Notes: generated from the sequence alone by a model not told the origin. Shown: positions 27,290-42,180, counted from the first letter of the whole stretch. The stretch is 64,000 nt of DNA, filler included, from Basidiobolus ranarum (GCA_040143965.1; 6 parts of 6 records of this genome joined end to end with filler, not necessarily neighbours in it); one strand, 5' to 3'. Translations and numbers: made by a program.

Positions 27290-27717
27290 TTTTACTTGAA
27301 AGTTTATATGATTACAAACTTAAGCCAGTAGGGCTTTTCTAGTTTTCTTCACGATATCCGCAGAAGGTGCTCATATTTGTATTATATCATTCCATGGGAA
27401 TATGTAACTTCTCAACATTTCATTTTGTTGTACAACTTTACAAGATGAAAATCCAAACCAACTTCCACCTATTATCATCATGATTATTAAAACGGGAATA
27501 GGTATCGTAAGTTTAGCTTATATTACTCAATAATATGGTAAAAATCACGTATTTCTTCCAAACAATGTTTATATTTCTGCCAAAGTAAATAAATATGAAA
27601 AAAAGTACCGTCAAGAATCAGTATTAATGAGAGTGTATTGTAACAATCCAAAATAAGTAGAGCTGTATTGTTACATATATAAAACTATCAGAGGTTGTTA
27701 ACTTCAAAACCTCGGCT

Positions 27718-28014
27718 TTACTTCTTTCGCGGTTGGGATTCTTTCACTTTTAACACATTTCCGTGTAAACGATAGCCCTTTGCCGCTTCTATTGCTTTAG
27801 AGGCTGAAGAAGATTCCATTATCACAAACCCAAAGTTTTGACGTGGCGCATGTTTTACAGTATATACCGATCCATAGTTTGAAAATAGCAATTTCAAGTC
27901 TTGGTGCGTGGTTTCTCGTGGTAGGTTGGCAACGAAGATAGTTTTAGTCGCATAAGTGCGCTGAATTATCCGAAGACCTGTCTTTGGAAGTGTTGCAGTA
28001 AATAGTGTTGACAT
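27718..28014 (-). CDS. Small single-RRM RNA-binding protein with a probable mitochondrial presequence
   Basis: RNP2 IFVANL and RNP1 QNFGFVIM; Arg/Thr/Leu-rich N-terminus without acidic residues. Confidence 0.85.
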   Translation of the reverse strand: MSTLFTATLPKTGLRIIQRTYATKTIFVANLPRETTHQDLKLLFSNYGSVYTVKHAPRQNFGFVIMESSSASKAIEAAKGYRLHGNVLKVKESQPRKK

Positions 28015-30977
28015 TTGAAATGTTAGTTGCAGAAGAAATTCTCTGCCATTTAAGAAAAGGAAAATTTTATCTTCCCCATATCACGTGGTGAGGGATTTTT
28101 GGACGGATCTTCATTTCTTGGGTATCTTTCAAAGATCACCCCTTATTAGTGAGATGGTTATTTTGCACTGCGACGAGTATTGTGTAGAACTTCGAACTAT
28201 GGCCAAATTTAAAGTGAGACCAACTTGGCTTGTTGAAACCGCTTCCAATAACGCATTTTGAAAATTACTACACAGAAGCTAGAGATGACGTGCCCCTTAA
28301 ATGGAACAAGAGGCTTAAGTTCGGTTTTGTTTTCACAGAAGGCTCAAGATATCGCAGGCTCATAGTGCGCTGGACTCTCACATCTTCACTAGGATTCTAG
28401 TTCTTTTTAGGGTCTGGTGCTGTAACATTCTATGAAACAGTTACTGTGTTAGGAAAGCAGGGGATAGGAAGAGGGGCTTTGGAAACAATCGCATTCAGCT
28501 CGGACCACTCCCGGCTCTGGAGAAAAGGACTTACTCAATACCGATATGATCTCTAGTGTGAAATTTCTGAATGTTTTACCCATAATAGTACATCACGTTT
28601 CGATTAAAATCTTGACCATTGTTGTTGTGGTTTCACCTTTTGTCAGAGTCAAAGTATCACTAGTGTTGTACCTCAACTTTGGAATGGAGTTACTTAGAGA
28701 GTTCATACACACACACGGGTGAGATAATATGTGATCATCAAAATCCCTTTTTAGTTGGACGGGCATAGATTCTCTGTGAAGATTACTACTTGAAACCAGC
28801 TGTGTATCATTGTAGTTGACAATGCATAGTCTTTGTCTGAGCATCTGACGAATTGTATCTTGATTCTCAGTAAAGCAAGTAGTGTTTTGGGAAGGATTCC
28901 TTGCCGATCACTCAGTGGTATTTTTACGAATAACTTGGTTTATCAATAATATGGCTATACAGAGATATCAGGATTCTGCTTATTCCATCGAACCTGTTTG
29001 AATGGAAGATTTGCCACATCGAGTTTGGAATGATAGTATCTGAAAGTGCATACATAAATACCAATCCAATGTAGAATTCAATAGTTTCTTAGCGAGTACG
29101 TCTAAAGTCGATTGATATATGATATGTATATGCAGAAAGCAGCAATACAATGCTAGAGTTATTAAATTTATAAACAAATGAAGGGTTATCATTGTTTAAC
29201 AAAACCAAAGCTTCGTTTCCAACTAGGGAATGTAGGGTGTTGATAAGCAGAGATGCTTGCATTGTATACCGCTTTGTACCAACTCCTGTCTTCCATTCAG
29301 CTTACACAACAGATATATCAGTAGTATACAAAGATAAACGAAACTAGTGTTTCTAGAAGTCTCAGAAGTCCAAACTTTGTGAAGTCCAAATATGGTAAAG
29401 GCACTCTGGTGTACTTGAAACCTTCTAACATCCAATAATCACGTAACATCTCGGATCCAGCCCAATTCTAAATGTACATTCTATCTATCTGTGCCTATAA
29501 GCCTCAGTTTAACAAAGTGCAACCTACCGCCCACATCCTTGCCTAATTATATTTACCCACCGTGTCAGAGAAAGTAGAGGTATCACTAACCCGACCAACT
29601 ACCAAGAAAATAGTCACTGCTGCCTGCGGGCCACTACAGAAAAATACCCTCGACACAGCTCTAGTGCAGAAACAAGGTTCCCCGATTAGTCTCATTCCAT
29701 AATCCCATCCTGCTAATCCTGAATGAAAAGAACTCCAATCCATTGGTCAAATTGATTCCTATTGCGATGAATATTAGTCCTAGATTAATCCAGACATTCG
29801 GAACTATTTGATCATAATCTCGAGTAGATCGCGTAAAGTCAACAATAAGCAAATGCGAATATTCATTAGCTGATTTCCACTTTCTCCCATACTTGTTGCA
29901 CCACAATCTCACGAAAAATAGCCTAATTGCTGATACATCGGCCCAGATTCCTCTATCCATGAGGTTTTTCATTCAAGGCGATATGACTATAGTAATAGGC
30001 ATTCTGGTCCCACCCCAAGAAGCCCTTTGTCCTTTGACACCCAAATACTGTACAGAAGAATGGACATAGCCTTGGCGTAACCTTGACAGTCTAGTGCTGC
30101 TGCACAAGGATGTATTATCCAGCTGAACTCTCAAATCCAGTTTCTATGAGACTGCGTGCTCCTTGTGCACTCTAATGACCGAGCCTTTCAGGTGCGGAAT
30201 CTGGTAGATTGTAGATCCACAGAGGTCGTACATTCCACTCGCAAAAGGTTAAGTTCAAGCTGATGATGGCACAGACATATCAATGAGAGATATGCTATGA
30301 CCAATTAGCGAGACTGTTCTTCATACCCACTATCTTGGTCATCTTATCCTTCAAATGATGCGAGATCACTAATTAGACCTTTTCGATAAATCTTACGGTG
30401 GCTTGAGGCAATATCTGAGATCTGACTTTGATGTAGAGAGTGATTGATTCACCTTGTACCCTCCATAAGCTGCCAATCACTGCACCCCTTGCTGAAATAA
30501 CCCTTTGCCATTGGACAGTGGCTAATAAGAGAAACACCTTTGTTTGTATATGGTTGAATCAATCTAAACTCCATTTCTGAAAACTAGTTATTAAGAAAAG
30601 TGCTGAAATTATTAAACATATCATGTATCTACACGATCTTGTGAGGATAGGCATTTTTGGTGTTTGCTTATTACGAGGCCGATATCAATCAATATGGAGT
30701 TTGTGCTTAAATCGGTGAGACGTAGCCAGTATAACTTTTCAGTGACCCCCTGTTGTACTAGTCAATGAAATATGCTGTCGCGATTCGTTTGTTTTCGATT
30801 CTCGTAACCAGGGTGGTTCACGTTATTTATTAGGCTGGATTTCCCTCTCAAATGATTATTCTCTTTCAACATTGGTTCAATCAAACCGATTACGGCTTTG
30901 CAAAGTATTTATTCCTTGCAGCGAAGAGCCGGAATTACTGTTTGATTCAAGTAAAAAACATTCCAAGGGCTTATAGT

Positions 30978-31886
30978 ATGTCAATGTCAACAATGACTTG
31001 CCCATTCACTCCTCACTCTAAAAAATCCGATCAGAAAGCAATCCCTCTAGAGCTTCAACGCCAATGCTGGACATTACCGCCACCAGACAGGTCATTCTCA
31101 GGCAAGGTTTTAGATCAAGACATGACCATCGCATCCACCACGCTGAGCCGTCGTGCTTCCACTACCGGATATCCAGTAAAACACAAGCAGTTGACTAACC
31201 TTTCACAGATACCGTTATCTGGAGCCCCTCATAAAGCTTTTACGAGTTTTTTAAAGCCTAATCCTTTACTTGAAGAGTCGGAGGGTGGAACCCCACTAGC
31301 CACTCGTCTGATGAGAGACAGTGAATGTAGAGAATTGGAGAGAACCGATGTATTCTCGCCAAAGGATTCTGCTCGAAAACCACCAGTTGGTATTACCACA
31401 ACACCAGTTCGCATGGGTGATTTACGAAACCCCCTGGTCGACCCAACTTCGCCCTTTGTCCAATGTCTTCTTTCTAACACGCCAGCCAAGCTTCCAACGA
31501 AGATTTCAGTTGCAAGCTCCAGTACTTACGATTATAACAACCCACCTAAATTAAGGCGTCTTTCTATTCAAGGAGACTCGATCGAGGATTTTAAGCAACG
31601 CCAAACTCATGATGGTTATGTTACCGAAAGGCAAGACCATCATGCCCCGATCGAAAAACTCTCCAGACCTTTACCTAACATTCAAGGAGAGGTAGAGTTC
31701 GAGGTTATCAGCTCACCTGTATCACCATTGCGTGATCATGATTTGCTGTTTATTCCAGAGGAGCCAGAGGACGAATGCTTAACTGGCCATAACTCCGAAT
31801 CTCTATTCACCTCATCGCCTATCCGGCATACGGACGGCGAGGATCCATTCATGACCAATAACAAACGTCGTAAGCTCTCAAATTAA
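30978..31886 (+). CDS. Hypothetical Ser/Thr/Pro-rich protein with C-terminal NLS-like KRRK, single exon
   Basis: Long ORF 30852-31886. The likely start is MSMSTMTCPF at 30978. Many SP/TP sites. Confidence 0.7.
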   Translation: MSMSTMTCPFTPHSKKSDQKAIPLELQRQCWTLPPPDRSFSGKVLDQDMTIASTTLSRRASTTGYPVKHKQLTNLSQIPLSGAPHKAFTSFLKPNPLLEESEGGTPLATRLMRDSECRELERTDVFSPKDSARKPPVGITTTPVRMGDLRNPLVDPTSPFVQCLLSNTPAKLPTKISVASSSTYDYNNPPKLRRLSIQGDSIEDFKQRQTHDGYVTERQDHHAPIEKLSRPLPNIQGEVEFEVISSPVSPLRDHDLLFIPEEPEDECLTGHNSESLFTSSPIRHTDGEDPFMTNNKRRKLSN

Positions 31887-32469
31887 TCATCTCTCTTAGC
31901 CTCGAGGTGTCGACAGCTGCTTCGGGCTGTTTATGGCTATTTTTGCTTTCACTTGTTCATGATTATCACAATTCGATTATTCTTTTGTATGATACATTTT
32001 TAAAGCCTATGGTGCATCACTGTTGAATGTTCCCATGCTTTCATCGGGGATTTTCGTCCCCAACACTTCTCGCGTCAGTTCATAGCTGACCAATGAGATA
32101 CGGAGGAATAACCCTCCATAGTTCACGTATTCTCCTTGCTCAGTAATCGATTTGCTCACGTTCTATTGTATACTTGTTATTCTCGACATTTGTTTTGTGT
32201 CCCTTGGATGTTGTTTTTCTTAATAGTTACAAGATTTGAAGTTGGTTTGTAATTAAATAAAACTTTTATTAATCTAATCCATATGAATCATGATGAAATC
32301 ACGAAAGCCCCCCCCCCCCCCCCCCCCCGGGGAGACCAAAAAAATTGGGGGGCCCCCAAGGGTGGAAAANNNNNNNNNNNNNNNNNNNNNNNNNNNNNNN
32401 NNNNNNNNNNNNNTTAATTAATTAANNNNNNNNNNNNNNNNNNNNNNNNNNNNNNNNNNNNNNNNNNNN

Positions 32470-34462
32470 CGATAACACCATCACCAGTCATAGCAACCAA
32501 GTAGCCACGCTTCTGGAGAATATCGACAGCGTGATATTTGTGTTCAGGGAATACTTCAGCAAATCCATCAGCAGCTTCAACAAAGTCATATAGTTCAGAA
32601 CCAGTCATTTCACCACCACCTGAGGCTCCACCTTGAGTCATACCAAGTTTGTCGGCATTATAAATGTTAGTTCCCATTCTCAACTGACGTGCAGTTTCTT
32701 TAGCAATACCAACAGCATCACCAGTAAGCATCTTCACCTTAAGACCAAGTTCCTGAGCTTCAGCAATAGTTTTACCAGTATCGTAACGAGGGGGATCGAA
32801 CAAAGGTAAGATACCAAGAATCTGCCAACCATTAACGGGTGTATACCAGGCAATACCTAAACTTCTGAAACCACGATCGGCGAATTCGGAAACAACTTGT
32901 TCATATTTTTCAGCAATTGAAGGATCGAGAATACTCTCCTCTTGGACCATACGAAGAACAAATGGTGGAGCTCCCTTAACAGCAATACACTTATTTCCTT
33001 GAGGATCGATAACCTTGGCAACAACTTTCTTAGAAACAGGATCGAAAGGCTGGAATTCTTGGATACGATATTCTCTCATCTTTCTACGAGCTTGAGGATA
33101 TTTGCCCAAGGCCTTGATTACGGCTTTATCAATAGCATCCATACCCTTCTTCTTACGTGAAGCGGCCAATGCTGAGACAAAGATCAACATCTCATCGTCA
33201 ACTCCTTCAACACAGTAGGGATCGTGAAGTGTAAGCTTATTCTGAGTGAGAGTACCGGTCTTATCTGAGCACAAGATTTCAACACCAGCAAGGGATTCAA
33301 TAGCGGTTAACTTTTGAACAATAGCCTTCTTCTTGGCTAAGAAAGCAGCACCTACAGCCATAGTAGTAGTTACTACAGCAGGAAGACCAACGGGAACACC
33401 GACTACGGTGATTACAAGAGTATATTCGAGAAGTGTGACGATACCGGTTGAACGATAGAAACCAGAGATCCAAATGATCAACAACCAAATCACCACAAGA
33501 ACGAGCAAAACGGTTCCAATACCGTTGATTACCTCGGTAAAGTGACCAACACCACCAGATTTACCAGCAAGGGAAGCAGCGCGACCAACAAAAGTTCTCT
33601 CTCCGATAGCGGTAACAACAGCATAACATCTACCACGTTTGATGGATGAACTACTGTAGAGGTTATCACCAGGGCCCTTGGTAGCAGCCAAAGATTCACC
33701 AGTAAGGGCGGATTGATCGACTTGAAGACGGGAGTCTTGACCAAGTACTCGGGCATCAGCTGGAACAATACTACCATCCTCGACCAGAATGATATCACCG
33801 GGTACGAGAGTATTGGCTTCAACTTCACCCTCACGTCCATCTCTCACGGCAACTGCAGAAAGGGCTAAGGTTTGTTTCAACTGGTCAATGATATTTCCAG
33901 CTTGATATTCTTGCACAAAACCAACAAAAGCATTTAATAAAAGTAAACCAATGATCACACCAAGATCTACCCAATCTTGGAGACCACCAGCAAGACAAGC
34001 GGCGACCCACATCACGTACTGAATAGGGCCACAGAAGAACATGAAAAATTTCAAAATTTTGTTCTCTTTCTCCATGGAAAGCTGATTGAGACCGTACTTC
34101 TTTCTACGAGTCTCAACTTCACCAGCCGTAAGGCCTAGAGCAGGATCAGTTTGCAAGAGCTCTTCTGGAATCACCAGTTCTCTTGGTACATCACCTTCTT
34201 CTTCTTCCTCCTCGGGGACTTCTTCTTCATCACTCCAATCGTAATCACTCATGACTGAAATGGCAGCAGCAGATTGTTGTGTATCCTTTTTGCTCAAAGG
34301 AGTAGTTGGATGAAGATTTCTGTTGGCACCATTTGTTTCATTGTCAGCGAATGTAGAATCGGTGCCGGCAATGCTTTCACGGTTAGCTGGGCGTTCAGGT
34401 ATTGGTTCAGTTTGAAACTGAACAGTGCCCTGATTTACTGGGACGTCTTGTTTCTCAGACAT
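32470..34462 (-). CDS. PMA1: Plasma-membrane H+-ATPase (P3A type), 3' truncated, intronless over the visible part
   Basis: [26 protein letters not shown] and MTGDG motifs; [16 protein letters not shown]. Confidence 0.97.
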
Positions 34463-37400
34463 GACCTTTCTCTACGACAAGAGGGAATATCTAATAACGG
34501 TATTATGGACGAGAATGAGTTGTGAAAAATACTATTCAACTCTATGAAAGTAAGAGATTATTCTATTAACTGGAGATGAGAGTGATGTGGTTTTCGTTTA
34601 TATAGAAGTCTCGGCTATCCATGACGTTAGATAATTGAGCATTTCCTAAAATGGAAAAAAATGGTTTATGGTGCTGAAGTTGAATCTCTGTATGTCCAAT
34701 ATTCGCGATCCGTTAAGAATTGGAGGAATATTGATAAAATATAACCCGCCATCTGATTTAGTGACGCTTATTCCATCAACATGTACTGAATATTGCTGTT
34801 TGTACCACCGTACGTGATGATGGAGTTCTTTCTTAGTATTTTACTGTTTATCCGCCCTGTTGGTAAACTATCGATGTTCCATTAGCATCAACTGGCAATA
34901 TAGACGGCAATATGGCCGGTATTTTCGGCTTCAATGATGCTGGAATCTACTGATATACAGAATCAAATATATCCATATATAAATAAAGAACACCTCGTGT
35001 TATCCTTGTTTTGTCATAAAAACATGCATTACATGGGAGTAAAACTGCGTAATGGCCATGGCATCGTTTCTAAATCCGGAAATTGTAATACTTTACTGAT
35101 GCCTCATTTGGTAAGCAACATCCATTTGGGGTACATCTTCCGTATATGAGTGATCAATAATTCAAACGAACTAATCACCCATTCTCCCCTAATTACTGGC
35201 AGTTTAGTTAGCTAATAAGAGACATGTTAAAGTTAAGGTTAGTTTAAAGAAGATTTTAAGAATCATCTCTTGACTTAGTCATCATCCACCTTGAGCCTTA
35301 CCTTCAGGATATATTAATATTCCACTCTTTCCCTATTTATCCGTTTGCCGCTGGATCTTTTTTTGCCATTTCGACCGATTGATCACTTCTGGCCGATTGA
35401 GGCAAGAAACATATGCGCTTCTCTATTGTGTACGGTATTTCTTACTATTTTGTTGTATTTCTTGCCTGACTTTGGGTCAAAGTATCACGAGATGATTCCA
35501 TATCTCTTACACTATTTTTTTGCTCCAGTAGAGCTATACACGGAAGCCACAATAAGAACCGGGCAATGTGTTGAAGATAGGGAATTGTTATCAAGTCATA
35601 TCTTCACACAGGTTGCCCAATAAGAGCTGCTTTTACTTATCAACTTGATTGCTCGGGGTTTTCTACACCGTAAAAATTCGAATCGATGAACAGGGTGTCA
35701 ATACTGGAAGTCAGATGGTTGATATAACTGGAGTTGAATACCATAACATACGTTTGACTACCAAAAAGGAACTAGCTCCAGGAACAAAACAATCTCTAGT
35801 GTAACCTTATTGTAAGTTACGTGAACACTGTAACTTTCAACGGTTACATGTGTATTGACTACACATGTCGACCGACCAAATATGGGACTCCATGGTTTTA
35901 CTTGTTTACTTGCGAAGAAGACCCAGCCATTTCACTAAATAGGTTTGTTGAGTAGGCCCTGTCCTTAAAATGACTTCCCTTGAAACCACTCCTGAATTCG
36001 CCTAATAAGACATAGAAAGCGAGCTTTATGAACGCTTTGAAGATATTTGTCTCAACACACATCACCTTCACCTGATTTGGAGTTTGAACTTACCACTGAT
36101 CACTATATTTAGTCAGATGATGGACAATCTATTTACGCGATTGACTAAACCTCCCATGTGAGCTTGACTCCAGTAATATTGAAAATAAATTGCACTGACG
36201 TAATTCCCATTTTTAGATGGAATAATTTGGCGTAAACTTAAGATAGCAAGGTGAGGTGAGGTTCATTTTGATTATTAATTAATTAGCCATATTGATGATT
36301 AAGATAATTTTCTTAGGGAAACTTTCTACATGACTTACAGGAAGTTCTTCTTTCCCACCAATATAGTGATGCTCAATTTGACCTAGGTTCCAGCTACATC
36401 ACTCACACTTGGTCATGTTGAAGTCGTCTAGTTCCCTTTAAGAAGTCTTAGTGGTTGTAGAGTGGGGTTTTTTGCTATTGCTTAATTTAAACTTTAAGCT
36501 CTTGGGGTTGGCCTATGAGTATGGAAGCTTATCGTTTTTATAGATTTAATGGCATCCACGGTATAATGAGTCTCTCTTATGGTCCCTAAATAGCTTCAAT
36601 ATGTCATTTTAAGCTCGTTCGAAAGAATTATGGTGATCTTCACTAGATTTAGTCAACTTTTGAAAGGCTGTCATGACTTAACCCGCTTCAGTATATTGAA
36701 AATATATGTACTCTACTTTAAAGTGGGGTATTACATTGAATGTTAAACTAAACAAGACCCGGTATTCACAACCAGTTGGTCCAACCAACTTTGTATCCCA
36801 CTACAAAATAAACCGAACTACTTAGATCAGTTCACCTCATAGATGTTACAAAGAGTGATGCTAAATATGAAACTCATCAAGTAAGATCATATGGTGAGCA
36901 ATTTAATATACCAAAGAATTATGGATTCTAGTGTGTAGTTGATTAGATGTTTGAATCTACTTTTCTTTTAATTCTCCTCTTTAGTCATTGTGGGGACATG
37001 GTACGTCGAGAACAAGGTGCTAAAATGAACTTGACCACGATAGTACATTGAGGCGTACAAAACATATAATGATGGCTGTCAATTAACAAGTCTGATTACT
37101 TGTGCTAGTTAGTTCCCAGAAATGAAATTGTTAACTAATCATATTGACAGAATTTCGTTCGATGACGAAATACTCCTTGAGCATGATCAGTTGGATTTTC
37201 TAATCGACTTAGCTTGCTAATCGTTGTTATAACTCTAAGCCATCTAGCCCATTCAGAAGTACCGTTCAGAAGTACTGATGGGGTCTACTTAACTGTGCTA
37301 CGATAGATAGGATCTGACACACAGTGCTGTGAAATGAGGTTGGCATTCTTAATATACTGTATACAATGCTGAACACCTAAATGAATTATATCATATGCTT

Positions 37401-37682
37401 TCTACCACTTTTTGACCCCCTATGTATTCGTAACTAGAAATATTATTCTAGTGAAGCATAAATTTTGGCATTTAACTTTTGTAAAATATTAGCAAGGCTT
37501 CTTCGAAGCATTGCAGTATAGTAAGTATTAGCATGGAGTATTAGGAAGTAACAAACTGTATTCAGTGCTAACTTGTGGTTTTGTGGATAAAGAAAGTATT
37601 TGCAGAATACAAGAAGTCGGCTAACCTGCCAGCTCAGGAATCAATAGTCATGGATATCTCAAATCATAGGATTCATTTATAG

Positions 37683-38400
37683 TAATTAACATCGCCTAAG
37701 CACCTATACAGTCATATATAGCTTAGTATTTAGCTATACTATATTAAACTAAGATATCACAAACTATTCACAAGAGGAACTCACTTGGAATATTGACACC
37801 AACTTAGAAGTTTGAAGAAATATTAGTTTTTCAAAGAAGCCCCAAACTTTGCACACATGCTCCAGGGATCTTCATTTAAACACACTAGACATATGTTTTT
37901 ATCCTGCCAAAACTATGAATGTCTATTACTACTCAATGAAACAATGATTTAAAACCACCAATTCTTCCGGTTCCCCAAACCACTTCCAACAAACTCCCAA
38001 AATGCATAATATTAGTTACTACAAAAAAAGGTTGAATATGGTGATCAAAAACAAGAAGATATATATATTATTAAGCCATTTGGAGCATACTGCGACTGAA
38101 TTTTTAGAAAACACAATATTTAATAACTTTGTTAGATATGGTATAAGTATTTGAGATGGAAGTGCATATGGTAATTGGAAGAGATATGCAAATAGCACTT
38201 GTTGTTTGAGTTAAAATACATGATAACATAGTGAAGATTCACCAAATCCTCTGTTGAAACTAGCATTGCTCAAATACCTATAGAGTCATATATATCTTAG
38301 TATTTGATTATCTCATACCTCAGTAAGATATTACCCATTATTCTCAATTGGAAACTACTTCAAACATTTTTACCAACTTAGAAGTCTTCAGTTGTATATA
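37683..38400 (+). repeat. Decayed LTR-A (~37683-38010) and partial LTR-A (38252-38400)
   Basis: Similarity to the other LTR-A copies. Confidence 0.75.
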
Positions 38401-41400
38401 GAGAATTAGAGAAGTTGGTGGCTTTCACTTATTGATTTATAGAGTTTATAGTTCCCATCAATAGTTTTGTCAAGATGTTAACAAACTAACATGTAGAATA
38501 TGTCAAGGAAGATCCCAGGAAAATGTATGTATGGTTTGGAGCTTCTAGCACAAGTTTGAAAATTCATATATCTGAGAAAATCTTGGTTGGTAAAAATATG
38601 CCAAGTAAAATCCAGATGAGAATAATGGGTAATATCTTATTGAAGCATGAGATAATTAAATACTAAGATATATATGAATCTATAGGTGTGTAGGCAAAGC
38701 TTATTTCAACACTCTCCCTTAACTTAGTAGTCATATAAACCTATCCTAAGGAAGGACTGAATTTCTCAAATTTCTGTCTAGCAAGTTGCTTGGTTAATAC
38801 ATCAGCATTCATGTCTTGTGTAGAACAATCAGTAAAGTCAATATACCTATTCTCTATGGTGTCTCTGATGTGGTGATGCCTAATATCTATTTGTTTGTAT
38901 CTGGTGTAAAATGTGGGATTACAACCTAATTCAACACAACTTGAATTGTCCTGAAATAGTGTGGTTGGTGTATTTTGAGAATAGCCCATATCTGCTAAGA
39001 GTTTTCTTAACCATAATGCTTTTTTTGTAGTTTCACAAGCAGCTATGTATTGTACTTCTGTTGTTGAAAGTGGTACAGTAGGTTGTTTCTTATAATTCCA
39101 AGGAATAGCTCCATTGCAGCAGAGAAATAAGTATTCTGTAGTAGATCTTCTGTCTTCAATATCTTTTCCCTAATTTGCATCTGAACATCCCATCTGATTA
39201 AATGTTGATCCAGATTATGTGTATTTTAAGCACAGATTTGTAATATAGTTCAAGTAACTGAAAATCTATTTAATATGATATATAATTTTGAAGATATTGA
39301 AAAACAACTCCCAAAGAGTATAAAATATATGGCACTGTAACAACCATGACATACATCTAACAGTCAACATATGTGATAAGCAAAGTGCTGGCTTTCATTT
39401 AAATCTGTAAATTATTGGGAAAATATGGGCTGTTTGGAGGAACTTTAGAAAAGTGGAGTTGTGAATAGCTTTGTGAGATAAATATTTATTGTCCAGAAAT
39501 AAAGCATATATACATTTTGATGGAAAAGCAGAAAACTAACACTGGGGTTGTGCTCAGAACATCTGTGGGAGTAAAATGAGCTATCTTTGGGGCATTTTGG
39601 ATGAGTATGAATTTTCCAATATGGAATTGCTAATTCTCATATTATTCACATATATATATAATATATGTTCCAATTTGCAGCTAAGTTATATTTGACTAAG
39701 TAATGTTAACTAACTTATATGTGATATATGAAATGGTTAGGTGTATCCAGATAGAGATAACAAATATGATAAAGACAATAAACTTCAACATAAATGTCTG
39801 ATTTAAACCATTTTTGGTCAAGTTCGGACTTGTCTCAATTGGGGTAGATACTAGATTATATTCTTTATTGTAAACATCTTTGGTATGTCCAGGATATACT
39901 TGGACTCATTTAAAGTGATTGCTTTCTTAGTTCTATTCATCTTAATTTGGATTCCCAGATAATAAATTGGCTCCCAAAGTGATCATTTTGAAACTGGCAG
40001 ATGAGCTGGATTTGGTTTTCTCTAAAGTCTTCAAGTCATTGGTTGCTATGATAGGTTATCTATATATATAAGGTTGATAAAACTGAGTCTTTCTTATCAG
40101 GCCTGAAGTAGAAACTATAGTCAGCATTATTCTTTTGGAATATGAGTGTTTCCAAAAAAGCATCCATCTTGTCACTCCAAGCTCTTGCAGATATTTTAAG
40201 CCATAAAGTATTCTCTAAAGACTACAAGCATTTTTGGGTATTCTGGGTCCACAAGTCTATCAGGCTAATCTATACAGATCTCCTCAACAAGCCCATCATT
40301 CAAAAATGCCACTTTAACATCCATTGGATGTATAATTAACTGATATTTAGCTGATATTGCTAAAATCTATCTAATGTAACAAAATTTTATTACAGCAGCA
40401 AAGGTTTTTGTAAAGTCTATTCCTAATGTTTGGAAACAGCTTTTGGCTACTAGTCTAATCTTGTATCCTTCTATATTGCCATCAGAGTTGTACTTGACTT
40501 TATGTTGGATAATTAATGTTTATTCAACATCTTATCAAACAAAATATCCCTAAACATGATTAACTTTGAAATATCAGTATCATAGAGTTTCACCAAAATG
40601 TTATAGGAAAAATATTGTGCATCTATCATAGAACTTGCCATTTCTCTCAAAGTCCTGTTTGCTCTTTCAGCAACTCCATTTTGTTAAAATGAATAAGAGG
40701 CAGTAGTTTCTTGCTTAATTCCAAGAACTTTGCAAAAATGATCAAAAAGTGTTGAAGTATATTTTCCACCATTATTAGTTTGTTCTTTATAATTTTAATC
40801 CCAGTGCCCATCTTCTCAAGAGTTCTATAGTCCCTAGCAGTAGAGAGAGCTTGTTTTCTTCTTTCCCAAAGTGGACCCAAGTCTATCTAGCATAATCATC
40901 AATCAATGTGATTAAATATCTCTTTTGCCTCAAGAAAAATATAGCCTATGTTCACACAAATCTGAACAAATTAGATCCAATTTTTTGACAGATTTGTTCA
41001 AACCAGAGCTCTTGAATGGTTGCCTGACTTGTCTTCCATATATGCAACCCTCACAAAACTTCATTTTGATTGGGGGGTTAATTTGAATTCCAGAAATTAG
41101 GTAATTTTTGATCAGTTTGTTCAAAGAATTAAATCTAGCCAAATCTCATTTGCAATAATCGAATAGTATCTTGATTTAAATAACTTGTATTTACACTAAA
41201 ACCCCTTGGATTACATGTAAGCTTGTAAAAGTTCTTATCCTTTTCTCCATAGCTAAATAATTCCCATTTTGATCAGTGAAGGTGCATCCTGACGTATCAC
41301 AGCTGAATTTTAGGCCTACTAGGATGGCCTTGCATACCCATATTAAATTCTTGGCAATATCTGGAACATACATTACATCCTTAAAAGTATACATATTCTC

Positions 41401-42180
41401 TTCAGAAGCACTAGTTAAATTGACTTGAACTATTCCCATTCCAATGGAATTCAATGCATAGTCATCCCCCATGAAAACTGCTCTAATTGGGATTTCTTCA
41501 AAATGCACAAACCATTGTTTTCTTTGCAAAATGTTAGGAAGCTCTCAAAATCAATATTTCACATCTGAGAATCCTTGTTGGTAATCATAGACCAAGCAGA
41601 TAGGAGCAAGTGATCTTCAGTTAAACCACAGCTCCAGATTCAGTGTGTTTTTCTTCCCTTGCAATTGTTTCAATGCATTATGTGCTTCATTTGCCAGTTG
41701 CTTTACATTATTCACACAACTTGTCACTTTTCTTACTAATATACCTTTGACCTTTTTAGGAAGCCTTCCCATAGTCTATTTAGGCATTTTGTACATTGTT
41801 TTGATTAGATTCTAATCTGCATAAATCTTCATCATGTTACAGTATATAGGAGCCTGTTGGAAGTAGTTTGGAGAATTGGAGAAATTGATATTTTTCACTT
41901 ATTTTTATATTGAGTAGAAAGTTGATATTTATAGTTTTGTCAAGATGTTAACAGACTAAAGTGTATGATGTGTTAAAGAAGGTCCTGGGAACATGTGTAC
42001 AAAGCTTGAGGCTTCTAACGCATGTTTATAAAATCTATATATGAGAACTTGCAAGTTGGTAAAAATATTCTAAGTAAATTCCAATTGAGAATAATGGGTA
42101 ATAGCTTAGTGAAATGTGAGATAACTAAGTACTAAGCTGTATATGACTACATAGGTGCTTAGGCAAAGCTAATTTCAACA
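38401..42180 (-). mobile_element. Decayed Ty1/Copia retrotransposon bounded by LTR-A copies (38401-38711 and 41835-42180)
   Basis: Protease, integrase (CEGCIYGRQ, LDLICSDLC), RT and RNase H (FQDNSSC, KQIDIRHHHIRD, ADVLTKQL) in Copia order. Polypurine tract AAGGGAGAG abuts the 3' LTR. Many stops. Confidence 0.9.
39413..39790 (-). mobile_element. Solo LTR, family B, inserted in the Copia RT region with TSD TAAAT
   Basis: TAAAT at 39408-39412 and 39791-39795; termini TGTTGAAG...CCCAATA on the minus strand. Confidence 0.88.

Noticed and set aside
29200-29980. Hydrophobic short ORFs on the minus strand resembling a permease remnant
   Set aside because: No diagnostic motif could be recognised and there are many stops; the call is not supportable.
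32308-32369. Long poly-C and G/C runs
   Set aside because: At a contig end; most likely low-quality read-end sequence.
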